Below, one piece after another: positions 17,987 through 27,067 of a DNA stretch of 64,000 nucleotides. A program made the position numbers and the translations under genes. This stretch comes from Dehalococcoidia bacterium (GTDB lineage: Bacteria; Chloroflexota; Dehalococcoidia; Lucifugimonadales; Australimonadaceae), in NCBI GenBank assembly GCA_963579135.1, contig CAUZFB010000007.1, positions 6,337 to 70,336 of the forward strand, written 5' to 3'. Under the pieces are notes generated by a model. It did not search any database. It saw only the letters and a list, made by a program, of their open reading frames with translations, and was not told where the DNA came from. Numbering within the stretch: position 1 is the first letter of the stretch; each line of letters opens with the position of its first letter.

Positions 17987-19807
17987 CTACCGGTCGGCAC
18001 CCTGTATCCCCGCGGGCTCGGCGTTGGTCGCAGCGGTCAGAAACTGCTCGCGGTACAACTTGGCGTAGCGTTCGTCGAGGAGCAACAGATCAGCGTGTGA
18101 ACCACTCTCGACGACGCGTCCCTGGTCCATGTAGAGGATCACGTCCGCCGCGAGAACCGTCGATAGACGATGGGCGATCACAATGGTCGTTCGGCCATCC
18201 ATGAGCTCGCCCACGGCTCGCTGCACGGCTCGCTCGGAATGGGTATCCAAGGACGCGGTTGCTTCGTCGAGGAGAAGCAGCGCGGGATCCTTCAGGAGGA
18301 CGCGTGCGATCGCGAGGCGTTGCTTCTCACCACCTGACAGGCGATACCCACGCTCGCCGACGATTGTCTCCAACCCCTCGGGCAAGCCGTCGATCACGTC
18401 CATGACGGATGCGGACTCGCAGGCCGCTCGTATCTGCTTTTCGGTCGCATCAGGGCGTGCGATGAGCATGTTTTCCTGAACACTGGCGTGAAATAGGAAC
18501 GTCTCCTGCGTAACGTACCCCACTTGTTTGCGAAGCGAGTCCAAGGTCAGCCCTCGGATGTCGCGCCCGTCCAGCAAGATCCGACCCTCCGTGGGGTCAT
18601 ACAGCCGAGGGATCAAGTACGTCATGCTCGTTTTGCCAGCCCCGCTCGGCCCGACCAACGCCACCATCGTTCCGGCTGCGATCTCGACGTCTACGACGTC
18701 CACAGCGCGCTTACCAGGCCTGTACTCCAGGCTCACGCCCTCGAACCGAAGGTGTCCGGCAGCGCGACCGATCTCCACAGCATCATCAGCGTCGGCAATG
18801 TCAGGCTCAAGGTCCATGTACTCGAATATGCGCTCGAAGTAGGCCGCCGACGTCATCACATCGACGTGCAGACTCATCAGGTCGGTCGCCGGCGTGTACA
18901 GCCTGCCGAGCAGGCCAACGAACGCAATCACGGTACCGAGCGAGAGCGCGCCGGTCATCACTTGAACACCGCCAGCGTAATACACGATCGCAGGGCCGCC
19001 GGTGGTCACGAGGAACAGCAGCATGAAGTACCAGCGTCCCACCAACGCCTCGCGAACCTGAAGGTCCATCAGCTCTTTGTTGTCGCGCTGGAACCGGTCG
19101 AGCACATCACGCTCCCGGTTGAACGTCTTGATCAGCATAAGACCACTGATCCCCAAGCTCTCGGCCATCAGCGAGTTCACCGACCCATGCTGCTGCTGGC
19201 GCTCCTGGCGCAGGCGTCGACGCAGCTTGCCGACCGTCTTGGTTGGCAGAATCAGCCAGGGCAGCACAAGAAGCGACACCATGGTCAGCTTCCAATCGAG
19301 GACGATCATCGTGGCGAGCGTCGTGCTCAGGATGAGTACGTTCTGGAACACGGAGACGAGCGTGCCCGAGATGACGTTGTCGATGCCTGCGATGTCGCTC
19401 GTGAGCCGGGACATCAATTCGCCAGTGCGGGATTCGGTGAAGAAGCGTAGGGAGAGCGACTGCAGCCGCGAGAACATCGCGAGCTTCAGATCGTACATAA
19501 TGCGCTGGCTCACCACGGTGTTCAGGTAGGCGCGAAGCACGCCTGTGAGTCCGATGGCCAGTGCCGCTCCTACGACGCCCAGGGATAGTTTGAGGAGCAG
19601 GCCGCGGTCGCCGCCTGCGATGGCATCGTCAACGATCGCGCGTACGAGCAAGGGGGGGATGATGCCTAGGCCTGCGGCGACGCTCACGGTCGCCAGAATC
19701 AGGCTCAGCCGTCTCCAGTACGGGAGTAAAAAGCGCACGACTCGTCGGGCATTCATCGTGCCTAAAGCCGTCGCTGAACGGAGTGGTTCTGATCTTCGAG
19801 CCCGCAT
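17987..19807 (-). CDS. ABC exporter, fused permease/ATPase (MsbA/multidrug type)
   Basis: N-terminal six-helix TMD; Walker A GPSGAGKTS, signature LSGGEKQR, Walker B LLLLDEATS. The start could instead be the internal Met at 19756. Confidence 0.93.
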   Translation of the reverse strand: MRARRSEPLRSATALGTMNARRVVRFLLPYWRRLSLILATVSVAAGLGIIPPLLVRAIVDDAIAGGDRGLLLKLSLGVVGAALAIGLTGVLRAYLNTVVSQRIMYDLKLAMFSRLQSLSLRFFTESRTGELMSRLTSDIAGIDNVISGTLVSVFQNVLILSTTLATMIVLDWKLTMVSLLVLPWLILPTKTVGKLRRRLRQERQQQHGSVNSLMAESLGISGLMLIKTFNRERDVLDRFQRDNKELMDLQVREALVGRWYFMLLFLVTTGGPAIVYYAGGVQVMTGALSLGTVIAFVGLLGRLYTPATDLMSLHVDVMTSAAYFERIFEYMDLEPDIADADDAVEIGRAAGHLRFEGVSLEYRPGKRAVDVVDVEIAAGTMVALVGPSGAGKTSMTYLIPRLYDPTEGRILLDGRDIRGLTLDSLRKQVGYVTQETFLFHASVQENMLIARPDATEKQIRAACESASVMDVIDGLPEGLETIVGERGYRLSGGEKQRLAIARVLLKDPALLLLDEATASLDTHSERAVQRAVGELMDGRTTIVIAHRLSTVLAADVILYMDQGRVVESGSHADLLLLDERYAKLYREQFLTAATNAEPAGIQGADR

Positions 19808-19997
19808 CTTCGGAGTATAGCTTCAGCTCTTCCTCTGAGCTCCCCGGGCCAGTCAAATGGGCTCCAGAGGTGAACCCGGAGTAAGTTAGGAGTCCGAAAA
19901 TCCGAGAAAACAGGTCAGAAAAACCTGTTGTAGTGGTTCCATTCGTGCGTACGATGAAAATAGCAAACCCGCCCACAGAGGCGTAGGGAGGTCAACT

Positions 19998-20153
19998 ATG
20001 CAAGCGTACTGTGTGAAGTGTCGGACGCAACGGGATATGAACAGCCCCCGCGACGAGACCACCAAGAACAATAGGCCCATTATCAAGGGCACCTGCGCCG
20101 TCTGCGGCACAGGCCTCAACATCATCGGCAAGACGATTGCTCAGGTGAACTAA
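19998..20153 (+). CDS. small zinc-ribbon protein (51 aa, CxxC...CxxC)
   Basis: MQAYCVKCRTQRDMNSPRDETTKNNRPIIKGTCAVCGTGLNIIGKTIAQVN, with GGGAGG SD 6 nt upstream and a strong terminator downstream. It is below the ORF-track length cutoff. It resembles small CxxC-N-CxxC proteins common in high-GC monoderms. Confidence 0.7.
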   Translation: MQAYCVKCRTQRDMNSPRDETTKNNRPIIKGTCAVCGTGLNIIGKTIAQVN

Positions 20154-20170
20154 CCAGCATCTGCTGAAAC

Positions 20171-20200
20171 GAAGGGGCCCGGCGAGTGCCGGGCCCCTTC
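20171..20200. terminator. bidirectional terminator hairpin between convergent genes
   Basis: GAAGGGGCCCGGC / GAGT / GCCGGGCCCCTTC, a perfect 13-bp stem, followed by GTTCTT. Confidence 0.75.
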
Positions 20201-20349
20201 GTTCTTAAGTTCATGCTCCGGGCTCGGTAGAGGCTCGTTCGTATAGCAGGTAGGTGCGAACGCTCGGATCTCTTGGCTCCACTGGCTCTCCCGTTGGGAC
20301 TAAAGGTCGCTCGGCGCTCCGGGGACCGGGCGCGCGAGCGTTACCGAGC

Positions 20350-21177
20350 CTAGAACATGACGTCGCCACCAGAGACGCTGATGGCGAGCCCAGTGAGGAA
20401 GTCTGCCTCGCTAGAGGACAGGAAGGCGGCCGTGTTGGCGATGTCGCCCGTCTCGGTAATCCGCCCAAGGGGATTAGCCAGCGATCGCTCTCGCACCATG
20501 TCCGCGAGTTGATCTTCCGCCGTTTGTCCCTCGCTTCGAAGCGCTCCAGCTATATGGATCACTCGTTCGGTTTCGGCGAGCCCGGGGCAGATGGCGTTCA
20601 CGTTGACTTTGTACTGGCCCATCTCGTGGGCGAACGACTGCGTGAATCCCACAAGCGCGAACTTCGACGCCGTGTACGCCGCGTAGCGAGGGAGCCCACG
20701 TTTGCCGGCGGTCGATGAGATGATAACGATCTTGCCATCGCCACCTCGCTCAATCATGTGACGCGCGACCGCCTGGCACGTGAGGAACGTGCCCCGAACG
20801 TTGACGCGCAGGACCTCGTCGAACGCGTCCTCGGTAAGCTCAACCACGGGTACTCGGTCCGGGCCGGGACGAGAGCCGGCATTGGCGACGAAGATGTCGA
20901 TCTTCCCGAACTGCGCGACTACATCATCCACCATCGCCTGCACGGCATCGCCGTCGGACACGTCAGCGATCACAGGCATGGACCGCCTGCCCTTTGCTTT
21001 GATCTCCTCGACGACAGCGTCAATGCCATTCCAACCGCCACCGTAGGGAGTCGTCGTCACATCATTCACGGCCACATCGGCGCCGTCGACGGCCAACCGG
21101 TTAGCGATAGCCCTGCCGAACCCACGCTCACCACCTGCGCCGGTAACCAATGCTACCTTGCCTGAAAAGTCGTACAT
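20350..21177 (-). CDS. short-chain dehydrogenase/reductase (SDR)
   Basis: VTGAGGERGFGRA cofactor motif and YTASKFA (YxxxK). Confidence 0.92.
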   Translation of the reverse strand: MYDFSGKVALVTGAGGERGFGRAIANRLAVDGADVAVNDVTTTPYGGGWNGIDAVVEEIKAKGRRSMPVIADVSDGDAVQAMVDDVVAQFGKIDIFVANAGSRPGPDRVPVVELTEDAFDEVLRVNVRGTFLTCQAVARHMIERGGDGKIVIISSTAGKRGLPRYAAYTASKFALVGFTQSFAHEMGQYKVNVNAICPGLAETERVIHIAGALRSEGQTAEDQLADMVRERSLANPLGRITETGDIANTAAFLSSSEADFLTGLAISVSGGDVMF

Positions 21178-21320
21178 TCCAATTCTCCTCGCAGCGCTCG
21201 ATACGGCTAGGCTCGGTAACCTCGCTCGACGTTGTCAATGCGCAATTCGTTAGGGTGCGCAATCTAGGGAGCGCCCCGGCGGCTGTCAACTAAATGGGCT
21301 CGTTGTGCTAGTCTCCGGCT

Positions 21321-23555
21321 ATGACAACGCAACACTCCACAGGAAGGCCGCTACCACGAGTCGATGGTGCGGGGAAGGTCACTGGTTCCGCCCGCTACAG
21401 CGCGGATGTGGAGATGCCGAATGCCCTTTGGGGGCGAGTCCTCCGTAGCCCCTACCCGTACGCTCGTATCACGGCGATTGACACCACGCAGGCCGCGGTA
21501 TTGCCGGGAGTGCACGCCGTGCTAACCGGGGCGGACGTTCACGGCGCGATGACTGGTAGGCGCATCTTCGATATCCCGCTGATCGCGGACGATGTCGTGC
21601 GGTTCACCGGCGACATCGTGGCGGCAGTGGCGGCGGACGACCGCGAGATAGCGGACCGGGCTCTCGCGCTGATCAACGTGACGTACGTGGAGCTGACGCC
21701 AGTCTTCGATCCGCTGGAAGCGGTGGCGCCGGAGACGAGTCTGTTGCACCCCGACTTCAATACCTACGTGGGCGGAAAGCCCCAGGAGACGCCATCAAAC
21801 GTCTTCGTGACGTCCACCTGGGGGACGGGGGATCCGGAGACGGGTTTCGCGGACTCCGACGTGATCATCGAAGGCACGTACTCGACAGCGATGATGCATC
21901 AGGCCTACATGGAGACCCACACGTGTCTAGTGTCCTGTCGCAACGATGGGGAAGTGGACGTTTGGGCCTCGAACAAGGGTCCACACGGGCTCAGGCGTGA
22001 TGTGGCGTTGACGACGAACGTTGACCCCACCGCCATCCACATCCACCACACGACCATCGGTGGCGATTTCGGTGGCAAGGGTGGGCAGATGAATATACCC
22101 ATCGCCTATTTCTTGTCGCGAGCCGCACGACAGCCGGTGCGCATGGTGATGGACTACCGCGAGGAGCTCACAGCGGCGAACCCACGCCATCCAGCGAGCG
22201 TCCACGTGAAGTCCGGAGTGAAGAACGACGGCACGATCCTGGCGACGGAGGTTATTGCGTATTACGACTCCGGAGCGTATGCCGGCTTCCTGCCACTCGG
22301 GTTCCTACCGGGCCCGCGGCACTGCGTGGGGCCATACCACATCCCCCACGCTCGCGTTACGGCACACCATGTGTACACGAACCGTGTTCCGGCGGGTCAC
22401 ATGCGTGGCCCCGGCGAGCCGCAAACGATCTTCGCCGTAGAGTCTCATATCGATATAATTGCACGTAAGTTAGGGTTAGATCCGGCAGATGTTAGGCGCA
22501 AGAACGTGATCCGCGAGGGCGACGTCAATGGATTGGGTGAGGAGTACGAAGATCTGCGTGGAGTGGCAGCATTCGAGACGGCGCTCGATAGCTCGGGGTA
22601 CGGCGTGGAGCGCCCCGATGGGCCACGCACGCGCTCTGGCATCGGCGTGGGCATCGGCGAGCGGGCGCCGGGCGGCGGGGAGACGCACGCTGCGGTGACG
22701 TTCACGCAAGACGGCTCAGTGGTGATCCATACGTCGATCTTCGAGCAGGGTTCGGGCACCTACACGATCCTAACCCAAATGGCGTCCGACATCCTGGGCG
22801 TGGACCCCGGCAAGATCACGGTCGAGGTCTGGAACACCGACGAGACGGGGTACGACTCGGGCGCGGGAGCAAGTCGCAATACGCGTATGGCTAGCGAGGC
22901 TGTGACCAACGCTGCAGTGGAAGCACGGGATGCTCTGTTCAGGCTTGCGGCGGAGCTGGAGGGCTGGAACCAAGAGGGTATGAGTCTCACGCACAAGGGC
23001 CTCGTACGTCAGGGGGTGGCGGGCGCGACGCCGCTAGTGGAGCTGCTATCGCGAACCGATACGGCCATCAGCGGTGCCTACGACTATAAAGACATGGCGC
23101 ACGCGCACGTGACAGCGTTCACGATCCACGTCGCGGAGGTAACGGTGGACATCGACACAGGCCAGGTCATGCTCGATAGGCTGACAGCGGTGCATGACGC
23201 GGGGCAGGTGCTGAATCCGATAGGCCATGAAGGGCAGGTCAACGGTGGCGCCATCCAGGGGATGGGCTACGGGTTGATGGAGGAGCTTGCGGTGAGCGGT
23301 GGGCAGGTCGCTACGCAATCGCTCGCCGACTACAAGATCCCGACGTTTGCCGATATGCCGACGTTTCAGTCGGTGGTGCTGGAGTCCGAGGGCGGGGTTG
23401 GGCCGTTCAACATCAAAGGCATCGGGGAGAATTCGTTCTCGCCGATGGCGCCGGCCATCGCGAATGCGGTTGCTGACGCGTGTGGCGCCCGCATCACGGA
23501 CCTGCCGATAACGGCAGAAAAGGTCTATCGGGCGCTCCGGGGACAGGCTCAGTAG
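21321..23555 (+). CDS. xanthine dehydrogenase-family molybdopterin-binding subunit (orphan large subunit)
   Basis: 744 aa. PLPRVDGAGKVTGSARYSADV N-terminus and internal GHMRGPGEPQ, typical of aldehyde oxidase/XDH a/b-hammerhead plus MoCo domains. There are no adjacent 2Fe-2S or FAD subunits. Confidence 0.93.
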   Translation: MTTQHSTGRPLPRVDGAGKVTGSARYSADVEMPNALWGRVLRSPYPYARITAIDTTQAAVLPGVHAVLTGADVHGAMTGRRIFDIPLIADDVVRFTGDIVAAVAADDREIADRALALINVTYVELTPVFDPLEAVAPETSLLHPDFNTYVGGKPQETPSNVFVTSTWGTGDPETGFADSDVIIEGTYSTAMMHQAYMETHTCLVSCRNDGEVDVWASNKGPHGLRRDVALTTNVDPTAIHIHHTTIGGDFGGKGGQMNIPIAYFLSRAARQPVRMVMDYREELTAANPRHPASVHVKSGVKNDGTILATEVIAYYDSGAYAGFLPLGFLPGPRHCVGPYHIPHARVTAHHVYTNRVPAGHMRGPGEPQTIFAVESHIDIIARKLGLDPADVRRKNVIREGDVNGLGEEYEDLRGVAAFETALDSSGYGVERPDGPRTRSGIGVGIGERAPGGGETHAAVTFTQDGSVVIHTSIFEQGSGTYTILTQMASDILGVDPGKITVEVWNTDETGYDSGAGASRNTRMASEAVTNAAVEARDALFRLAAELEGWNQEGMSLTHKGLVRQGVAGATPLVELLSRTDTAISGAYDYKDMAHAHVTAFTIHVAEVTVDIDTGQVMLDRLTAVHDAGQVLNPIGHEGQVNGGAIQGMGYGLMEELAVSGGQVATQSLADYKIPTFADMPTFQSVVLESEGGVGPFNIKGIGENSFSPMAPAIANAVADACGARITDLPITAEKVYRALRGQAQ

Positions 23556-23558
23556 CGC

Positions 23559-25337
23559 CTACGCTCCCATCATCGTTTGGGGGATGGTGGGTAAGTCTAC
23601 GGCGATGACGGCGGGGATGCCGTTGTGAACCTGGTCGAGGCCTCGCTTGAGCGCAGGACCAACCTGGTCTGCTTCCATGACCGATTCCCCGTAACAGTTG
23701 GCTGCCTCTGCGAGCTTGGCAAAGTTGGGGGGTGGGTCAAACGTCCCTCCCTCCCAGTCCTGGGTGCCCACGACGTGGCCTTCGGGGTACTGGCGTTGGA
23801 GGCCAGCGGTGCCGGTGCTGTACGACTTGTTCACGAAGACGACGGTGAGGAACGCGGCTTTGTAGTGACTCGCCGCCCAGAGCGACGCTAGCGGGCTACC
23901 GAACATGAAGTAGCCGTCACCGGTGGTCAAGACAACGTCGCGATCCGGGGCAGCGATCTTGGCACCGAACGCCGCGCCTGATCCGAACCCGCCGGAACTG
24001 CCTCCACTCTTGAAGTATGTTCCGGGCTCGGTGCGGTGGTGGTGCGCTCTGACGAACGCGGAGTAGCTGACGACGTCGTCAACCATGATCGTGTCCGGCT
24101 CCATGACGCTCGCCACCTGATGGGCAATCCAACGGGGGTGGATAGGGTTGCGGCCGGAAACAGCCAGTGCCGCGTCCTCGTCCGCCGCCAACATGGCCTT
24201 CTTCCGGGTATAAAGCTTGGCGCGCCGGTCCTCAATCTTGCCCATGTCGCTGATGGAGAGCAGAGACGTGGCTGCGTCGTACACCGCCTGGGCAAAGGAG
24301 ACGGCTGGTACGGACAACCACATGTCGGCGTGAAACTCCATCGTCTTGGAACGGGACTGCACCGGGTCCACATCCACCCAAACGATTTTCGTGTCAGGGC
24401 TCAGCTTGCCGTCGATGGGCTGGTACGGCACGACCGCCTCAACGGCCACGAGTACGTCGGCGTCCGTCGGTTGCGGCCCCGTGCCAAACAGCGAGTGGGT
24501 GGTGGGAAAGTTCAGCCGATTCACGCGTCCACCATCCATGACCGGAACGGCCAGCAGCTCTGCCAATCGCACCAGTTCCGGCACGGACTCGGGATTGCGG
24601 CCAGACTGGCCCAGGACGATCAGGGGATTGTTCGCTTTGATGAGCCACTCCGCGACCTGGCGTGCGTCTTTGGGGTCAGGCCAGGCAGGGCGGGCAAGGC
24701 CGAGCTCGTCGCGCGTCGGGAAGCGGGTACGCCCGCCCATGGGGAGCTTCGCCATCTCCTGGGGGACGACCAGGTACACGGGGCCTTTGGGCTCGCTCAT
24801 CGCGACCTGCAGCAGGCGGCTGACCATGAGGCCCGGGTTATCCTGCCACTCCATGCGGTGATCGAGCTTGGTGTACTGCCGAACGATCTCGCCCTGGTCA
24901 CGCGGCTCCTGAACCCACTGCACATTTGCTTCGCGTGAGCCTGGCATGGAACCAGGGTAGGCTCGCGGACCCGCTCCTGCCATGATGAGCACGGGGTAGC
25001 TTCCACGCCATGCAGTGTGGATGCCGGCGCCGAAGTTGAGGGTTCCCACGTCCACATGGGCCGCTGTGGCCGCCGGACCTCCGGACACCATCGCGGTGCC
25101 CAAGGCGGCATTGAGGGCCGCGCCCTCATGCGTGACGGTGTAAAGCTTAGGCGTAGGCCAACCACGGGCGTTGGCCCGCGCTGCGGCCTCCTGGTAGAAC
25201 GCGAGTTCAGATCCGCTCACGAAGTAGAAGTGGTCGATGCCTCCGAGTTTCATGGAGGTCATCACCGCATCCGCCCATTCCTCAGCCGGATACTCACCCC
25301 ACCTGGGGTCCGACGCCTCCAAACGCTGATCAGTCAT
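23559..25337 (-). CDS. thiamine-diphosphate-dependent enzyme (acetolactate-synthase/benzoylformate-decarboxylase-like)
   Basis: 592 aa with the three-domain ThDP layout. ThDP-binding motif GDGYFMFG...VVFVNKSY. Confidence 0.9.
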   Translation of the reverse strand: MTDQRLEASDPRWGEYPAEEWADAVMTSMKLGGIDHFYFVSGSELAFYQEAAARANARGWPTPKLYTVTHEGAALNAALGTAMVSGGPAATAAHVDVGTLNFGAGIHTAWRGSYPVLIMAGAGPRAYPGSMPGSREANVQWVQEPRDQGEIVRQYTKLDHRMEWQDNPGLMVSRLLQVAMSEPKGPVYLVVPQEMAKLPMGGRTRFPTRDELGLARPAWPDPKDARQVAEWLIKANNPLIVLGQSGRNPESVPELVRLAELLAVPVMDGGRVNRLNFPTTHSLFGTGPQPTDADVLVAVEAVVPYQPIDGKLSPDTKIVWVDVDPVQSRSKTMEFHADMWLSVPAVSFAQAVYDAATSLLSISDMGKIEDRRAKLYTRKKAMLAADEDAALAVSGRNPIHPRWIAHQVASVMEPDTIMVDDVVSYSAFVRAHHHRTEPGTYFKSGGSSGGFGSGAAFGAKIAAPDRDVVLTTGDGYFMFGSPLASLWAASHYKAAFLTVVFVNKSYSTGTAGLQRQYPEGHVVGTQDWEGGTFDPPPNFAKLAEAANCYGESVMEADQVGPALKRGLDQVHNGIPAVIAVDLPTIPQTMMGA

Positions 25338-26359
25338 CGAGTCACCTCAAGCCATTCGTATCGTCCTGCGCCACGCCAGGTGGGGAGGACGTCGGGATTC
25401 TTCACGTATTCGTGTGGCACGATGCCGCCCAGCACGGCGATAGCGTTCTCCATGGCCAATCGCTGGTTGCCCATACGGCTGGCCTCGCTAGCGGCGACGT
25501 TGTGGGGAGTGAGGATCACCCGCTCCTGGTCAAGCTCTCGCAGCGGGCTGTCCTGGGGGAGCGGTTCGGGGTCGAATACATCCAACGCCACGCCAGCGAC
25601 CCAGTCTTCGTTGATCGCTCGGCACACCGCCTTTTCATCCACCGCTTCGCCGCGCGATGTGTTCACCAGATACGCGGTTTTCTTCATCGATCGGAGCGCG
25701 TCCTCGTTAATGATCTTCGTTGTTTCAGGAGTGATAGTGACGTGGACAGACACGAAATCGGACTCATGGAGGAGTGTCTCCAGGTCCACGCGCTTGACGC
25801 CAAGTTGGTCAAATCGTTCTTGGCCCACATAGGGGTCGCAACCGAGCACGTTGAGGTCCCAGCCCATGAGACGGCGTGCGACCCCACCTCCCGTTCGGCC
25901 AAGGCCGATCAGACCCACGGTTTTTCCCCACATCAGGAATCCACGGTCGACCCGCTGTCCCCACTCGCCGTCACGCAACCGGGCTTCCTTGCGTTTCACG
26001 CGTTTGGTGAGCGCGAGCATCATGCCGATGGATGCCTCCGCGACTCCGATGACGTTCTCACGCGACGGGCTGTGACAGACGAGAATGTTGTTCTCGGTCG
26101 CGGCGTCGATGGCGATCTTCTCGGTACCGACGGCCGGGCCGACGATGGTCGTCAACTCGGGTAGCGCCTCCACCACTTGGCGGGAGACGTGAAGCGACAC
26201 CAGGAGATCAGCGCCCTGGCATAGCTCGATCAACTCGCCATCCGAAAGACGCCCACCTAGGTTGCGGTCGATCTGGCCAAACACAATCTCGTGTCCCGCC
26301 TGCTTCAGGGCGCCCCATTCCTCGTTGGGGCCGTTCGGTGCAGCAACAACAACTTTCAT
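25334..26359 (-). CDS. D-isomer-specific 2-hydroxyacid dehydrogenase
   Basis: NAD motif GLIGLGRTGGGVARRL, with a catalytic-domain pattern including TPH. The stop overlaps the start of the ThDP enzyme (25334-25337). Confidence 0.92.
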   Translation of the reverse strand: MKVVVAAPNGPNEEWGALKQAGHEIVFGQIDRNLGGRLSDGELIELCQGADLLVSLHVSRQVVEALPELTTIVGPAVGTEKIAIDAATENNILVCHSPSRENVIGVAEASIGMMLALTKRVKRKEARLRDGEWGQRVDRGFLMWGKTVGLIGLGRTGGGVARRLMGWDLNVLGCDPYVGQERFDQLGVKRVDLETLLHESDFVSVHVTITPETTKIINEDALRSMKKTAYLVNTSRGEAVDEKAVCRAINEDWVAGVALDVFDPEPLPQDSPLRELDQERVILTPHNVAASEASRMGNQRLAMENAIAVLGGIVPHEYVKNPDVLPTWRGAGRYEWLEVTR

Positions 26360-26990
26360 CAGCTCAACCCGTACAACTTTATGGCGCTCTCGAAAGTGAT
26401 CTTCACGCGCTGCTCCTCGTTCAGGTCGGTCCGGCCCAGCAGGTGCTTGATGGTTCCAGGGAATTCTGCGTCCCAGTGCGGGAAGTCTGATGCGTGCACG
26501 AATGTGTCGTCGCCCAATACGCGCGTGGTCTCGGGTAGCAAACGCTCATCCGCCTCAAGGGAGATGAAGATATTGCGGCTCTCCATGTATTCACTCAGGG
26601 GCTTCTTCTACAGCGGCGCCTCCTGGTGCGCGCGCACATGATACCTCTCGTCCATGCGGTCGACCATGTAAACGATCCAGCCACACTTGCGCATCGACCA
26701 CCCGAGTAGCGAGCGTCATACCCATGGTGTTGTCACCGCCGTCGCCTGAGCCGCCCACGCCCAAGCGGGGCCGCTTGTCGTAAGGAGCCTCTATGCGAGG
26801 CGGCAGTCACGCCTCGCTATCCATGGAGTGGCCATCAGCATCGATCGAACCGCCGGAACCATTAATCATCGCCAGTCCCCTTGATGATCATTCCATGGCG
26901 AAGTCCGGGCTATTCTCGAGCGCCAGCGCGGAGCATAGACCCGCCGAATACCAGCAGCAAGCGTGCCCTATTTCACCACTACGGTGGACG
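26359..26990 (-). pseudogene. decayed amidohydrolase_2 (ACMSD/LigW-like) gene relic
   Basis: The last 75 codons are intact (MESRNIFISLEADE...ASDFPHWD...). The same frame continues upstream as RSLLGWSMRKCGWIVYMVDRMDERYHVRAHQEAPL-TAG-KKPLSEY, which matches the GWLPFWLRRLEEQ...NEY region of intact paralog 50928-52103. It is broken by TAG 26608-26610 and TGA 26716-26718. Only frame-shifted traces (e.g. LLVFGG) remain farther upstream; the 5' limit is approximate. Confidence 0.65.
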
Positions 26991-27067
26991 CAGGCACGCT
27001 CTTGCGTTGACATCCCCCCTACTTAAACCTTACATTCCCCCCGCCACATAGCGTGGCAGGAGGAACC

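Noticed and set aside
19897-19923. Phased A-tracts (AAAA at 19897, 19907, 19919) suggesting bent promoter DNA upstream of the zinc-ribbon gene
   Set aside because: There are only three short tracts with irregular 10-12-nt spacing, which is insufficient to claim a curvature element.
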